DNA of 64,000 bases. It comes from an uncultured Gemmatimonadales bacterium (GTDB taxonomy: Bacteria; Gemmatimonadota; Gemmatimonadetes; Longimicrobiales; Gaopeijiaceae). Positions 1-11,327 of this stretch are shown piece after piece. The stretch spans positions 128,001 through 192,000 of the forward strand of contig CAWGKG010000007.1 in the NCBI GenBank assembly GCA_963823035.1, in the 5' to 3' direction. Position 1 is the stretch's first letter; each line of letters opens with the position of its first letter. The notes under the pieces were generated by a model. The model saw only the letters and a list, made by a program, of their open reading frames with translations, searched no databases and had not been told where the DNA came from. A program made the position numbers and the translations under genes.

Positions 1-341
1 GCCCCCGTCGCCTTGAACTGGAGCGAGAGGAATCCGGCCATGGCGCCGACGACCACGAAGGCCACGATCCGGAACACGCCCCCCTTGAGGTCCTGCACGT
101 AGTCGTGCCCCAGGTTCAGGAGCATGATCACGAAGAGGAAGAGCACCATGATGGCGCCGGCGTAGACGATCACCTGGACGGCGGCCAGGAAGTGGGCCTC
201 CAACAACACGAAGACCCCGGCGATGCTCGCCAGGGTCACCACCATGAAGAGGAGGCTCGCCACCGGGCTCTTGGACATCGCGACGCCGAAGGCGCCTCCG
301 ATGGCCACCGCGGCGAAGACGTAGAAGAGGATGTCGATCAT
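1..341 (-). CDS. nuoJ: NADH-quinone oxidoreductase subunit J (3' end runs off the window)
   Basis: Minus-strand translation from ATG at 341: MIDILFYVFAAVAI...EAHFLAAVQVIVYAGAIMVLFLFVIMLLN, the NuoJ signature; follows nuoI. Confidence 0.93.
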   Translation of the reverse strand, partial: MIDILFYVFAAVAIGGAFGVAMSKSPVASLLFMVVTLASIAGVFVLLEAHFLAAVQVIVYAGAIMVLFLFVIMLLNLGHDYVQDLKGGVFRIVAFVVVGAMAGFLSLQFKATG

Positions 342-354
342 GGGGAAAGCCGCA

Positions 355-855
355 TCATTCTGATCTGGGATCCGACGGATCCCACAGATGGGTCACGGGG
401 TGGTCCTGCTCCATGAGGCGATCGAGGTCGTAGACGAATCGCGATCGCGTGTACTCGGCGTTCTCGAAGTGCTGCCCCACGTGGATGGCCTCCACCGGGC
501 AGACCTCCTGGCACATCCCGCAGAAGACGCACCGGAACTCGTCGATCTCGTAGACCACGGGATAGCGATTCCCCTGGTCGTCCTCACCGCCCACCAGGCG
601 GATGCAGTTGGCCGGGCAGACCGTCGGGCACAGGCCGCAGGCGACGCATTTCGGGCGTCCGTCCGCGTGCACCTCCATGCGGTGCGTGCCCCGCCAGCGC
701 GGGTGGAGGTCCGTCTGCTCCTCGGGATACTGCTGCGTCACCTTGACCGGATTCACCATGTGCCGGAAGGTGAGCGCCATCCCGCTGAGCGCCGCCCGGA
801 GGTACGACGTCTTGTCCGGGTCCGGACGGCTCAGGACTTTGACGGTGATCGGCAT
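355..855 (-). CDS. nuoI: NADH-quinone oxidoreductase subunit I
   Basis: C-terminal part of ORF 355..2031 from MPITVKV; two CxxCxxCxxxCP ferredoxin motifs (CVACGLCPTVCP, CVFCGMCQEVCP). Confidence 0.95.
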   Translation of the reverse strand: MPITVKVLSRPDPDKTSYLRAALSGMALTFRHMVNPVKVTQQYPEEQTDLHPRWRGTHRMEVHADGRPKCVACGLCPTVCPANCIRLVGGEDDQGNRYPVVYEIDEFRCVFCGMCQEVCPVEAIHVGQHFENAEYTRSRFVYDLDRLMEQDHPVTHLWDPSDPRSE

Positions 856-863
856 GCCGCTCC

Positions 864-2159
864 TCAGTCTGCGGCCGGCGCGGACGCCGGCCGGGAAACA
901 CTCTTGATCTCGATGCGCTGGCCACGCAGCGCCCCGGCGCCCGTGATCGTGCGCCCGCGGTCGATGAAGAACATGAAGGCGACGGTGCAGATCAGGCTCA
1001 CCGCCGTGAGCGCGAGCCCGAATCCGAGGCCGTAGGGGACGCCCAGCTCGTCCAGCACCAGGATGGTCCCGGCCACCACCATCAGGTAGGCCAGCGCGGT
1101 GGGGAGCATGACCTTCCACCCGAGCGACATCACCTGGTCGTAGCGGAAGCGCGGAAGCGTCCACCGGACCCAGATGTAGACCAGGACGAAGAAGAGCGTC
1201 TTCGCGGCGAAGACGGCGAAGGTGAGCAGGGTCTTCCACACCGCCGGATGCGCCAGGATCGGCGTGCCGTCGCCGGCGAAGCCGCCGATGAGCTGCCCCT
1301 GGAACCAGAAGGCGTCGTCGCCGCTCCAGAACGGGATGTCCCACCCGCCGAAGAAGAGGGTGGCCATGAGCGCCGACGTCATCACCATGTGGGCGAACTC
1401 GGCGATCATGAACATCGAGAACTTCATGGCCGAGTACTCGGTGTGGTACCCGGTGATCAGCTCCGATTCCGCCTCCGGCATGTCGAAGGGCAGCCGGTTG
1501 CATTCGGCGAAGGCCGACGTCACGAAGAAGATGAACGCGAGCGACAGCGGCAGCGCGAACCAGACGTCGAGCTGCTGCTGCTGCCACACGACCTGCGTCA
1601 GCGTCACGTTCCCCGCGAGCATCATCACCGCGACGACCGACAGGCCGAGCGCGACCTCGTAGCTGACCATCTGGGCCGAGGCGCGCAGCCCGCCGAGGAA
1701 GGCGTACTTGTTGTTCGACGCCCACCCGCCGAGCACCAGCCCGTACACGCCCAGCGAGCTGATCGCCAGGATGTAGAGGATGCCGATCGGGAGGTCGGCG
1801 ATCATCATGTCGACGACGCCCCAGGGCGTCGGGAGGGGGGCGGCGACCGGAATCACCGCGAAGGTGACCAGCGCCGGCGCGGTCGCGATCACGGGGCCGA
1901 GGATGAAGTAGAGCTTCGCCGAGTTGGCCGGCAGCGTCTCTTCCTTCAGGAAGTTCTTGATGCCGTCCGCGATGGGCTGCAGCAGTCCGAACGGTCCCAC
2001 GCGGTTCGGCCCCCTGCGGTCCTGGATCCACGCCGCCACGCGGCGTTCGGCCAGCGTCGCCCAGGCGACCACGACCATGAAGACGCCGAAGATCGCGAGG
2101 ACCTTCAGGATCATGGCGAGGATCCCGGGCAGGCCGGTGATCGGGTGAAGGGCTTCCAT
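864..2159 (-). CDS. nuoH: NADH-quinone oxidoreductase subunit H
   Basis: ERRVAAWIQDRRGPNRVGPFGLLQPIADGIK, NRLPFDMPEAESEL and RWTLPRFRYDQ motifs. Confidence 0.97.
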   Translation of the reverse strand: MEALHPITGLPGILAMILKVLAIFGVFMVVVAWATLAERRVAAWIQDRRGPNRVGPFGLLQPIADGIKNFLKEETLPANSAKLYFILGPVIATAPALVTFAVIPVAAPLPTPWGVVDMMIADLPIGILYILAISSLGVYGLVLGGWASNNKYAFLGGLRASAQMVSYEVALGLSVVAVMMLAGNVTLTQVVWQQQQLDVWFALPLSLAFIFFVTSAFAECNRLPFDMPEAESELITGYHTEYSAMKFSMFMIAEFAHMVMTSALMATLFFGGWDIPFWSGDDAFWFQGQLIGGFAGDGTPILAHPAVWKTLLTFAVFAAKTLFFVLVYIWVRWTLPRFRYDQVMSLGWKVMLPTALAYLMVVAGTILVLDELGVPYGLGFGLALTAVSLICTVAFMFFIDRGRTITGAGALRGQRIEIKSVSRPASAPAAD

Positions 2160-2163
2160 CCGG

Positions 2164-3775
2164 TCAGTCTCCCGAGAGCGGAATGGTCTCGTTCACCACC
2201 GCCCCACGCGTCCCGAGTGTCTTCGTACGTGAGCCCCGCGAAGGCCGGCACGCGGCCTCCGAGCTGGGCGAAGGCGTCGGCCGCCGAGCGGGGGGCCGTG
2301 CCGCCCGTGACCTCGGCGAGGAGCGCCCCGAGCACGAGCCAGGCGGGCCGGGCGGTGCCCGGCGGCTGGAGCGCCGGCCAGAAGCGCTGCACCCGTCCCT
2401 CGAAGTTCGTGAACGTGCCCTCCTGCTCGGCGAACGTCGTCGCCGGGAGGACGAAGTGGGCCGACTCCGTCGCCGGGCCCGCCGCGGGCGCCGACGTACA
2501 CGTAGAACGAGGCGTGGGCGCCGAAGTCGGCGTCCTGGTCGGCGAGCGCGTCGCCGAGCACCAGGATCACGCCGTCGTGCCCCGCGACGTCCTCCAGCCC
2601 GCCGCGGCCGTCGTCGCCACCGACGCGCTTCGCGCCGATCGAGCTCGGCACCCGTGCCGTTGGGCGCCAGGTCACGGCGGCGTGCCAGCCCGGGGTAGCC
2701 CTTGAGCGGCACCTCGTCCTCGGCGCGCGCGCTGCGATAGACGATCTCCCCGCCGCCGAGCTGCGCGACGAGCGCCGGCCAGCGCCCCCAGGTCCTCGTT
2801 GGACGCGTAGGGCGAAACGACCGCCTTCACCGGCTTCTCGGGCGCCTCGGCGCCCGCGTCCAGGAGCGCGCGCAGCGCGTCCTTCCACCCCATCGCGCGG
2901 GCGGTCCCTCCGGCGCGCACGAGGGGAGCCTCGAGCCGATGTCCGTGGTTGATCCACTCGTAGTCGAGGCGGCCGTAGTCGCACATCCACCAGCCGTTGA
3001 CCTCGAGGTTCTCACGCGGCTTGATGCGCTGCACCAGGTTGTCGCGGACGTGGAGGTCGATGTTGCACCCCTGCGAGCAGTTCGGGCACACCGAGTGGAC
3101 GTGGTCCAGGTCCCAGGCGCGCGCCTTGTACAGGAAGTCCTTCGAGACAGAGCGCGCCCACGGGACAGATGTCGACGATGTTGCCGTGCCAGTACGTGCC
3201 GTCGAGGCCCTTCCTCGAAGAAGGTGTCGATCACGGAGCGGTTGCCCGCGCTCGACCACGCACAGACGGCTGTCCTGCTCGACCTCGTTCATGAAGCGCA
3301 CGCAACGCGTGCACATGACGCAACGGTCGCCGTAGAAGAGGACGTCGCCACCGAAGTCGTCACGCCCGAAGACCCGCTTCGGCTCCTTCGAGCGACCGTG
3401 CTTGGGACCCTCCTGGTGCACGTAGTCCTGGAGGTTGCACTCGCCCGACATGTCGCAGATCGGGCAGTCCAGGGGGTGGTTCACCAGGTAGAACTCGAGC
3501 ACCCCCTCGCGCATGTCGAGGGCCAGCTCGGATTGGGTGCGCACCACCTGCCCCTCGGTCGCCTGCGTCACGCAGGACGGCATGGGCTTGGGCGCGCCCT
3601 CGACCTCGACGAGGCACAGCCGGCACATCGCGGGAGAGGAGAGCCCGGGATGGTAGCAGTAGTGGGGGATCTGCTCGCCCACCTGCTTCGCCGCCTCGAG
3701 CAGCGTGGTTCCCTTCGGAACCACGACCTCCTGCCCGTCGATGGTCAGGGTGACGGTGTTGGGGGTATCAGCCAT
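2164..3775 (-). CDS. nuoG: NADH-quinone oxidoreductase subunit G, short form (several frameshifts, probably sequencing errors)
   Basis: IPHYCYHPGLS..CRLC, NHPLDCPICD..GEC, RCVMCTRC and CPNCSQGC Fe-S motifs; homology continues across frames near 3240, 3205, 3150 and 2780-2200 (..EQEGTFTNFEGRVQRF..). Confidence 0.88.
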
Positions 3776-3817
3776 GTGCGTCCTTGATGTTCTGAGCCGT
3801 CGCCGATCCCGTCGTCC

Positions 3818-5110
<1,293 letters not shown>

Positions 5111-5125
5111 GCGTTCGCTCCGGAG

Positions 5126-5782
5126 CTAGCCGGCGGCTTCCGCCTTGAGGTGCTCGACGATCCCCGGGACTTCGGCCGGGGTCACGTTCTCGAAGTACCG
5201 CGAGTTGATCTGGACACAGGTGGGGAAGCCGCAGGCGGCCAGGCACTCGGCCTCCACGACCGTGAAGTTGCCGTCCTCCGACGTCTCGCCCACCTCGGTG
5301 TCGGTGTAGCGCAGGAAGGCCTCGAGGACCTCGTCGGCGCCGCACAGGTTGCAGGAGATGTTCGTGCACACCTGCACCAGGTACCGGCCCACGGGGGCCT
5401 TGTTGTACATGGTGTAGAAGGTGGTCACGCCGCGGACGTACGCCGGAGCGAGGTCGAGCAGCGCGGCCACCTCGTCCATCGTCTGCGGGCTGACGTGGCC
5501 GCGAACCTCCTGGGCCAGGCCGAGCGCCGGCAGCAGCGCCGCCTGCTTGTTCGGATAGCGGGTGAGGATCTTCTCGAACCGCTCCCGATACTCGCCCTCG
5601 AAGAGCGGCGCGTCCGGTTGCTTGTCCGCCAGCATGTACGGGAAGGTGGCGGCTCCCGACGCGTGGCCGCCGTCCAGCGGCCGCTCGCCCACGAAGTCGT
5701 CGCCGCGGACCTGCTCCTCGGTCAGGTCGAACTCGCCGGTGTTGCCGGCCCAGCCGGGATTCTTGAAGGGAACGTCGCTCAT
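5126..5782 (-). CDS. nuoE: NADH-quinone oxidoreductase subunit E
   Basis: From MSDVPFK (ATGA overlap with the nuoD stop); VTTFYTMY, CTNISC and ECLAAC 2Fe-2S motifs. Confidence 0.93.
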   Translation of the reverse strand: MSDVPFKNPGWAGNTGEFDLTEEQVRGDDFVGERPLDGGHASGAATFPYMLADKQPDAPLFEGEYRERFEKILTRYPNKQAALLPALGLAQEVRGHVSPQTMDEVAALLDLAPAYVRGVTTFYTMYNKAPVGRYLVQVCTNISCNLCGADEVLEAFLRYTDTEVGETSEDGNFTVVEAECLAACGFPTCVQINSRYFENVTPAEVPGIVEHLKAEAAG

Positions 5783-7060
5783 CGGTCGATCTCCCCGAGG
5801 ACGATGTCCAGGCTGGCGTTGATCATGATCAGGTCCGCGATCAGGTGCCCGCGCGCGAGCCTCCCGATCGTCGAGATGTTCACGAAGGAGGGTGGCCGGA
5901 TGCGCCACCGCACGGGCTTGGTCCCGCCCTCTTCGGCCACCACGTACATCCCCAGCTCGCCCTTGGAGGCCTCGATCGGGAGGTAGCAGTCGCCCTCGGG
6001 GGCCGGAATCCCCTCCGTGATCAGCTTGAAGTGGTGGATCATGCTCTCCATGTCCGACATGCAGTCGGTCTTGGAGGGGAGGGAGATCTTGGGGTCCTGG
6101 ACGTTGATCGGCCCTTCGGGCAGGCGGTCGATCGCCTGGCGCAGGATGCGCAGGCTCTGGCGCATCTCCTCCATGCGGCACAGGTACCGGTCGTAGCAGT
6201 CGCCGTGCTGGCCGATGGGGACCTCGAAGTCGTACGTCTCGTAGTCGTAGTACGGCTGGTCCTTGCGCACGTCGTAGTCGACGCCCGAGGCACGCAGGTT
6301 CGGCCCGGTGAGGCCGCAGTTCACCGCATCCTCCGCGCTGATCGCGCCCACGCCCTGCATGCGGCCGATGAGGATCCCGTTGGTGGTCAGGAGCCGGTCG
6401 CACTCGTCGAGCGTCTTCGGCAAGGTGGTCGACGAAGTCCTCGAGCTGGGCGATCCACCCCTCGGGAAGGTCCGCCATCATCCCGCCGACGCGCGTCGCC
6501 GACGTGGTGATGCGCGCGCCCGTGAGCGCCTCGTGCAGCTTGTAGATCCGCTCCCGCTCCTGGAAGGTGTAGAGGAAGGGGGTCATGGCGCCCACGTCGA
6601 TGGCCGTGGTGCCCAGCCAGAGGAGATGGCCGAAGATCCGGTCCATCTCCATGAGGATGAGGCGCACCACCTTGCAGCGCTCGGTGACCTGGATCCCCAT
6701 GAGCTTCTCGACCGACATCACGTAGGCGCAGTTGTAGATCAGCGGCGCCAGGTAGTCCATGCGGTCGGTGAGCGGAACGATCTGGTTCCAGGTCCTGTAC
6801 TCGCCGAGCTTCTCGAAGGAGGAATGCAGGTAGCCGATGTGCGGCGTGACCCGGAGCACGGTCTCGCCGTCGAGCTCGCACAAGAGCCTGAGCACGCCGT
6901 GCGTGGCGGGGTGCTGCGGGCCGATGTTGATGAGCATGGGCTCTGTGTCGAGCGTCGGCTCCGGCACGTCGAAGGGAGCCAGGGGACTGGCCACCGGCGT
7001 TCCGCCAGGACCCATCTCCGGGCTACGCCCGACCGTGAACTCCACCGTCTTCTGCGCCAT
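5779..7060 (-). CDS. nuoD: NADH-quinone oxidoreductase subunit D (one frameshift near 6423)
   Basis: NIGPQHPATHGVLRL, IGYLHSSFEK in one frame; GPNLRASGV...RIRPPSF...DIVLGEIDR in ORF 5779..6423. Confidence 0.93.
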
Positions 7061-7080
7061 GATCTCGCTTTCCGGACTGC

Positions 7081-7782
7081 TCAGGTCTCCCGGTCGGGGG
7101 CGTCGTCCCCGGCCGGAGGGAGAGCCGCCGCTTCCTGGGGCTCCCGCCCGATCTCCATGTCGTGCGCCGAGTAGAAGCGGCTCACGTTCTGCGCCAGCGC
7201 GCGACGGGTCTGCTCGGCGCGGCTGAATCGTCCGCGCAGGGGGAAGTCCTTGCGCAGCGGATGGCCTTCGGCGTAGTCGAGGGGCATCAGGATGCGGCGC
7301 GGGTCCGGATGGCCCCGGAAGGTGATCCCGAAGAGGTCGTAGACCTCGCGCTCGAGCCAGTTCGCGGCCTCCCACAGAGGTACCACCGAATCGATCTCGA
7401 GGGCGTCGAGCGGAAGCTCGCACTTCACGCGCAGCGAGTGGCGGTGGGGGATCGACCACAGCACGTAGACCACCTGGAGCGGACGGCCTCCGCCGTAGTC
7501 GACGGCGGTGACGTCGCGCAGGAGGTCGTAGCGCTGATCGGGGTCGTCCCGGAGGAAGCCGAGGATCTCGAGGTTCCGCTTCGCTTCGGCGAAGATCACG
7601 TGCTCGTCGCCGGCCGCGATCCTGTGGCCGTGGACGGCGTCGCCGAACTTCTCGAGGAGGGCTGCCACCGAGGGGTGGCTGTGCGGATCCGGGGCCGCGC
7701 GGGTCTCCGTCGGGCTCGCCGCGTCGGAAGGAACCGGACCTTCGTCGACCGCGTCGAGCCCGCTCTTGGTTTCGTCGCTCAT
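7081..7782 (-). CDS. nuoC: NADH-quinone oxidoreductase subunit C
   Basis: ANWLEREVYDLFGITFRGHPDPRRILM...GHPLRKDFPL motif. Confidence 0.95.
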   Translation of the reverse strand: MSDETKSGLDAVDEGPVPSDAASPTETRAAPDPHSHPSVAALLEKFGDAVHGHRIAAGDEHVIFAEAKRNLEILGFLRDDPDQRYDLLRDVTAVDYGGGRPLQVVYVLWSIPHRHSLRVKCELPLDALEIDSVVPLWEAANWLEREVYDLFGITFRGHPDPRRILMPLDYAEGHPLRKDFPLRGRFSRAEQTRRALAQNVSRFYSAHDMEIGREPQEAAALPPAGDDAPDRET

Positions 7783-7786
7783 GGCC

Positions 7787-8464
7787 TCAGGGGAGGATGT
7801 CGTCGTCGGAGCCGCGCTCGGGCTGCACCCGCACGCCCGCGGAGATCTTCTCCTGTCGCGTCGAGTTCCCGAAGGGACCCGTGAGGCCGACCACCTCCGC
7901 GTCCGTGGCCTTCGGCTGCGCGACCCGGAGCGGGTCTTCCGCGCGGAGCGCCTCGTGGTTGGCCAGGGACTCCTCGCGGATCTTCTCCTGGATCATCATC
8001 AGCCCGTAGATCAGCGCCTCGGGCCGCGGCGGGCACCCAGGGATGTAGACGTCGACCGGGACGATCGTGTCGATGCCCTGCACCATGGAGTACACGTCGA
8101 AGATGCCGCCCGAGGAGGCGCACGCTCCCATGGAGATGCACCACTTGGGCTGCGGCATCTGATCCCAGATCCTGCGGAGCACCGGGGCCAGCTTGTAGGG
8201 CACCCGGCCCGCGCAGATGAGCACGTCGGACTGGCGCGGCGTGCCCACCATCCGCTCCATCCCGAACCGTGCCACGTCGAAGTTCGACGCGGCGGACGCC
8301 ATCATCTCGATGGCGCAGCACGCCGTCCCGAACGGCATGGGCCAGAGGGAGTTCCTCCGGCCCCAGTTCACGATGAAGTCGATCTTGCTCGTCAGGAAGG
8401 TGGGGCTTCCCGCGCCGAAGATCCCTCCGGACCTGGCGCTCTCACCGCCACCGGGCAGCTTCAC
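7787..8464 (-). CDS. nuoB: NADH-quinone oxidoreductase subunit B
   Basis: [42 protein letters not shown] start overlapping the nuoA stop (start inferred). Confidence 0.95.
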   Translation of the reverse strand: MKLPGGGESARSGGIFGAGSPTFLTSKIDFIVNWGRRNSLWPMPFGTACCAIEMMASAASNFDVARFGMERMVGTPRQSDVLICAGRVPYKLAPVLRRIWDQMPQPKWCISMGACASSGGIFDVYSMVQGIDTIVPVDVYIPGCPPRPEALIYGLMMIQEKIREESLANHEALRAEDPLRVAQPKATDAEVVGLTGPFGNSTRQEKISAGVRVQPERGSDDDILP

Positions 8465-8817
8465 TCCCACTCGAGGCCTCCCTTCTTCCATTCGTACAGC
8501 AGTCCAACCGCCAGAACGATCACGAAGAGCGTCATGGCCAGGAAGGGTCCCCACCCCAGCTGCCGCATCCGCACGGCCCACGGGACCAGGAAGATCGTCT
8601 CCAGGTCGAAGACGATGAAGCTGATCGCCACCATGTAGAACTTCACGGAGAAGCGGGCCCGCGCGTCGCCGAGCGGAATCATGCCCGATTCGTAGGGCAT
8701 TTCCTTCTGGGGCGTCGGTCGCCGCGGGTTCAGAATGTGCGACGCGATCACCATCCCAAACGCGGTCGCCAGCGAAACACCGAAGAGCAGCAGGAGGGGC
8801 AGATACGCACCCGACAT
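8461..8817 (-). CDS. nuoA: NADH-quinone oxidoreductase subunit A
   Basis: From [41 protein letters not shown]. Confidence 0.95.
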   Translation of the reverse strand: MSGAYLPLLLLFGVSLATAFGMVIASHILNPRRPTPQKEMPYESGMIPLGDARARFSVKFYMVAISFIVFDLETIFLVPWAVRMRQLGWGPFLAMTLFVIVLAVGLLYEWKKGGLEWE

Positions 8818-8831
8818 TTTGCCGCCAGAGT

Positions 8832-8849
8832 TTGTGAAATCGGTCACTT
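8832..8849. promoter_or_regulatory. Candidate Rex or CRP/FNR-type operator in the nuoA leader
   Basis: TTGTGAAATCGGTCACTT: perfect Rex left half-site (TTGTGAA); also TGTGA-N6-TCACT. Lies between the promoter and the start codon. Confidence 0.5.
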
Positions 8850-8859
8850 GGGACGGGAA

Positions 8860-8889
8860 AAGGTACCGGAACGCGAGGAGGAGTGTCAA
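8860..8889 (-). promoter_or_regulatory. Sigma70-type promoter of the nuo operon
   Basis: Minus strand TTGACA (8889-8884) - 18 nt - TACCTT (8865-8860), upstream of nuoA. Confidence 0.6.
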
Positions 8890-9035
8890 GCGAAGCGCGT
8901 CCGTATTTTTCCTGATTTTCCACGGGTTTGCACGAGCCTCGCGGGGACTCCTATGTTGCCGGCGCCCCGCCCCGCCCCACCGGGTCCCGGCGGGCCGCTG
9001 GGAGCCCTCAGAAACCCCCTTGGAAGACCGGCCAG

Positions 9036-9590
9036 ATGCCCATCAAGAGCGACAAGTGGATCCGCCGCATGGCGACCGAGCACGCGATGATCGAGCCCTT
9101 CGAGGCGGGTCAGGTCCGCGACGGGGTGATCTCCTACGGTCTGTCGTCCTACGGCTACGACATCCGGGTCGCGCCCGAGTTCAAGGTCTTCACGAACGTG
9201 CACAACGTGATCGTGGACCCGAAGCACTTCGACGACCGCTCGTTCGTCGACATCCACGAGCAGGAGTGCATCATTCCGCCCAACTCCTTCGCGCTCGCCC
9301 GCACCCTCGAGTACTTCCGCATCCCGCGGGACGTGCTGGTGGTGTGCCTGGGGAAATCGACCTACGCACGTTGTGGGATCATCGTGAACGTGACCCCGCT
9401 CGAGCCGACGTGGGAGGGCCATCTGACGCTGGAGATCTCGAACACCACGCCGCTGCCCGCGAAGATCTACGGAGGTGAGGGCATCGCCCAGCTCCTCTTC
9501 TTCCAGGGGGACGAGGAGCCCGAGATCGCCTACGCCGACCGCAAGGGGAAGTACATGAAGCAGGTGGGCGTCACGCTTCCGAAGATGTGA
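9036..9590 (+). CDS. dcd: dCTP deaminase
   Basis: [10 protein letters not shown]...[11 protein letters not shown]...GKSTYARCG...VTPLEP...YADRKGKY. Confidence 0.96.
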   Translation: MPIKSDKWIRRMATEHAMIEPFEAGQVRDGVISYGLSSYGYDIRVAPEFKVFTNVHNVIVDPKHFDDRSFVDIHEQECIIPPNSFALARTLEYFRIPRDVLVVCLGKSTYARCGIIVNVTPLEPTWEGHLTLEISNTTPLPAKIYGGEGIAQLLFFQGDEEPEIAYADRKGKYMKQVGVTLPKM

Positions 9591-9594
9591 GGGA

Positions 9595-10042
9595 TCACCA
9601 CACCTCGAGCAGGTCGACCTCGAACACCAGGGTGGCACTGCCCGGAATCGAGCCGCGGCCCTGCTTCCCGTATCCGAGGTCGGGCGGAATGACCAGTCGA
9701 CGCTTCCCCTCGGCCTTCATGCCGATGACGCCCTCGTCGAATCCGGGGATGACGTCGCCGGCCCCCAGCCGGAAGGGGAAACTCCCCGAGTCGAACAGGG
9801 TCCCGTTGGACAGCCACCCGGAGTAGGTCACGCGCGCGCTGTCCCCCGCCGCGGCCGTCGCTCCCGTACCGACCGCCAGCTCCTGGTAGTAGAGGCCGGA
9901 GCTCGTCCGGGTCATCGCGGAGACGTCGATCCCCAAGGCTGTCGTCGAACTCGGGCAGCGAGTACGGGTCGCTCCCGCACGCGCCCAGGGCGAGCCCCAG
10001 GAGCAGGGTGCCGGCGAAGCGAAGGGAGCTCCTGGTCTTCAT
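9595..10042 (-). CDS. FKBP-type peptidyl-prolyl isomerase lipoprotein (frameshift in a G run near 9935)
   Basis: Signal peptide MKTRSSLRF...LALGAC (lipobox) joined to GLYYQEL...YSGWLSNGTLFDS...VIPGFDEG...IPPDLGYG...TLVFEVDLL. Confidence 0.88.
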
Positions 10043-10184
10043 GGCCCGAATCCTCGTGGTGGGGTCGGGGCAGGCGACACCGCCGATCCCCTCGTACGTG
10101 GGCTGACGCCTCGTCGGCCGCGCGAAGGGGATACGGTCGCGGGATGGGGCGCTTTCGTCCAGCCTCGCTCCCCACCGGCGACGC

Positions 10185-10814
10185 TCAGCCCGGACGGCCC
10201 TCCAGGAGGGCGAGGACGCCGAGCCCGGCGTAGATCCCGGCCGAGAGCCAACGCCGCGCGCGCCGCGCGCCGGGCGTGCGCAGCAGCCGGCCCGCGCGAC
10301 CGCCCAGGAACGCGTACATCGTGTCCGTGCACGCAGCCAGGCACAGGAATCCCGCTCCGAGCGCGAGGACCTGCAGGCGCGGATCGCCGTGCCCGGGCTC
10401 CACGAACTGGGGAAGGAAGGCCAGGAAGAAGAGCGCGGACTTGGGGTTGAGGAGGTTGACCATGAGGCCGCCCCGGTACAGCTCGGCGCTCCGCCGAAGG
10501 GGTCGAGCCCCCTCGCCATCGGCCGGCTCCGGCGCCGAGATCTCCTTCCACGCGAGGTAGAGGAGGTAGGCCGCGCCGGCCCAGCGCAGCGCCGTGAGCG
10601 CCGACGGGGAGGCCGCCAGGAGCGCCGTGATGCCCACCACCGCGGCCAGCATGTGCACGACACCGCCCGTGACCAGGCCCATCGCGGAGAGGATGCCCGC
10701 GCGCGGCCCCTGCTCCATGCTGTTGCCCACCACGTAGAGCACGGCCGGACCCGGCGTGAGGAGGAGGGTGAGGGAGGCCGCCACGAAGAGCCCCAGGGCG
10801 TGGCCGTCGATCAC
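10185..10814 (-). CDS. LysE/RhtB family translocator
   Basis: LLLTPGPAVL, LRWAGAAYLLYL and NLLNPKSALFFLAFLPQF motifs. Confidence 0.93.
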   Translation of the reverse strand: MIDGHALGLFVAASLTLLLTPGPAVLYVVGNSMEQGPRAGILSAMGLVTGGVVHMLAAVVGITALLAASPSALTALRWAGAAYLLYLAWKEISAPEPADGEGARPLRRSAELYRGGLMVNLLNPKSALFFLAFLPQFVEPGHGDPRLQVLALGAGFLCLAACTDTMYAFLGGRAGRLLRTPGARRARRWLSAGIYAGLGVLALLEGRPG

Positions 10815-10841
10815 GTCAGGGGCCCGACGGACGGCGGCCCA

Positions 10842-11327
10842 TCAGCGGACGTCCAGGAGCTGGACGTCGAACACGAGCGTGGCGTAGGGCGGGATCACTC
10901 CGCGTCCGCGTGCCCCGTACGCCAGCGACGGCCGGATCACCAGCCGGCGCACACCGCCACGCTTCATCCCGGGGATTCCCTGGTTCCACCCCCTGATGAC
11001 CTCGCTCCCGCCCAGGCGGAACTGGAAGGGCTCCCCGTCTCCGGTGGTGTCGAAGACCGTGCCGTCGGGAAGGTAGCCGACGTAGCGCAGGGTCACGAGG
11101 CTGGCACGCTGCGCCGTGAAGCCCTCCCCCTCCCGCAGGTCCTGGACGTAGAGGCCGCTCGCGGTGCGCACCATGCGCGTCAGGTCGACCTCGAGCTCCG
11201 GCGCGAAGGTGATCGCCTCCGGTTCCACGGGCCCCGCCGGCGCGGGTGGCGCACCGGCGCACGCGGCGAGGGAGCCGAGTGCCGTGAGGCCGAGGAGGAG
11301 CCGTCCCGGGCGGGAGGCACGCGTCAC
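10842..11327 (-). CDS. FKBP-type peptidyl-prolyl isomerase lipoprotein
   Basis: GTG start overlapping the upstream stop; lipobox LAAC; YVGYLPDGTVFD...VIRGWNQG...AYG...TLVFDVQLL. Confidence 0.9.
   Translation of the reverse strand: MTRASRPGRLLLGLTALGSLAACAGAPPAPAGPVEPEAITFAPELEVDLTRMVRTASGLYVQDLREGEGFTAQRASLVTLRYVGYLPDGTVFDTTGDGEPFQFRLGGSEVIRGWNQGIPGMKRGGVRRLVIRPSLAYGARGRGVIPPYATLVFDVQLLDVR

Noticed and set aside
5126..7459. Apparent 777-aa NuoD-NuoE fusion ORF
   Set aside because: Produced by the frameshift near 6423; nuoD and nuoE have their own ATGA junction.
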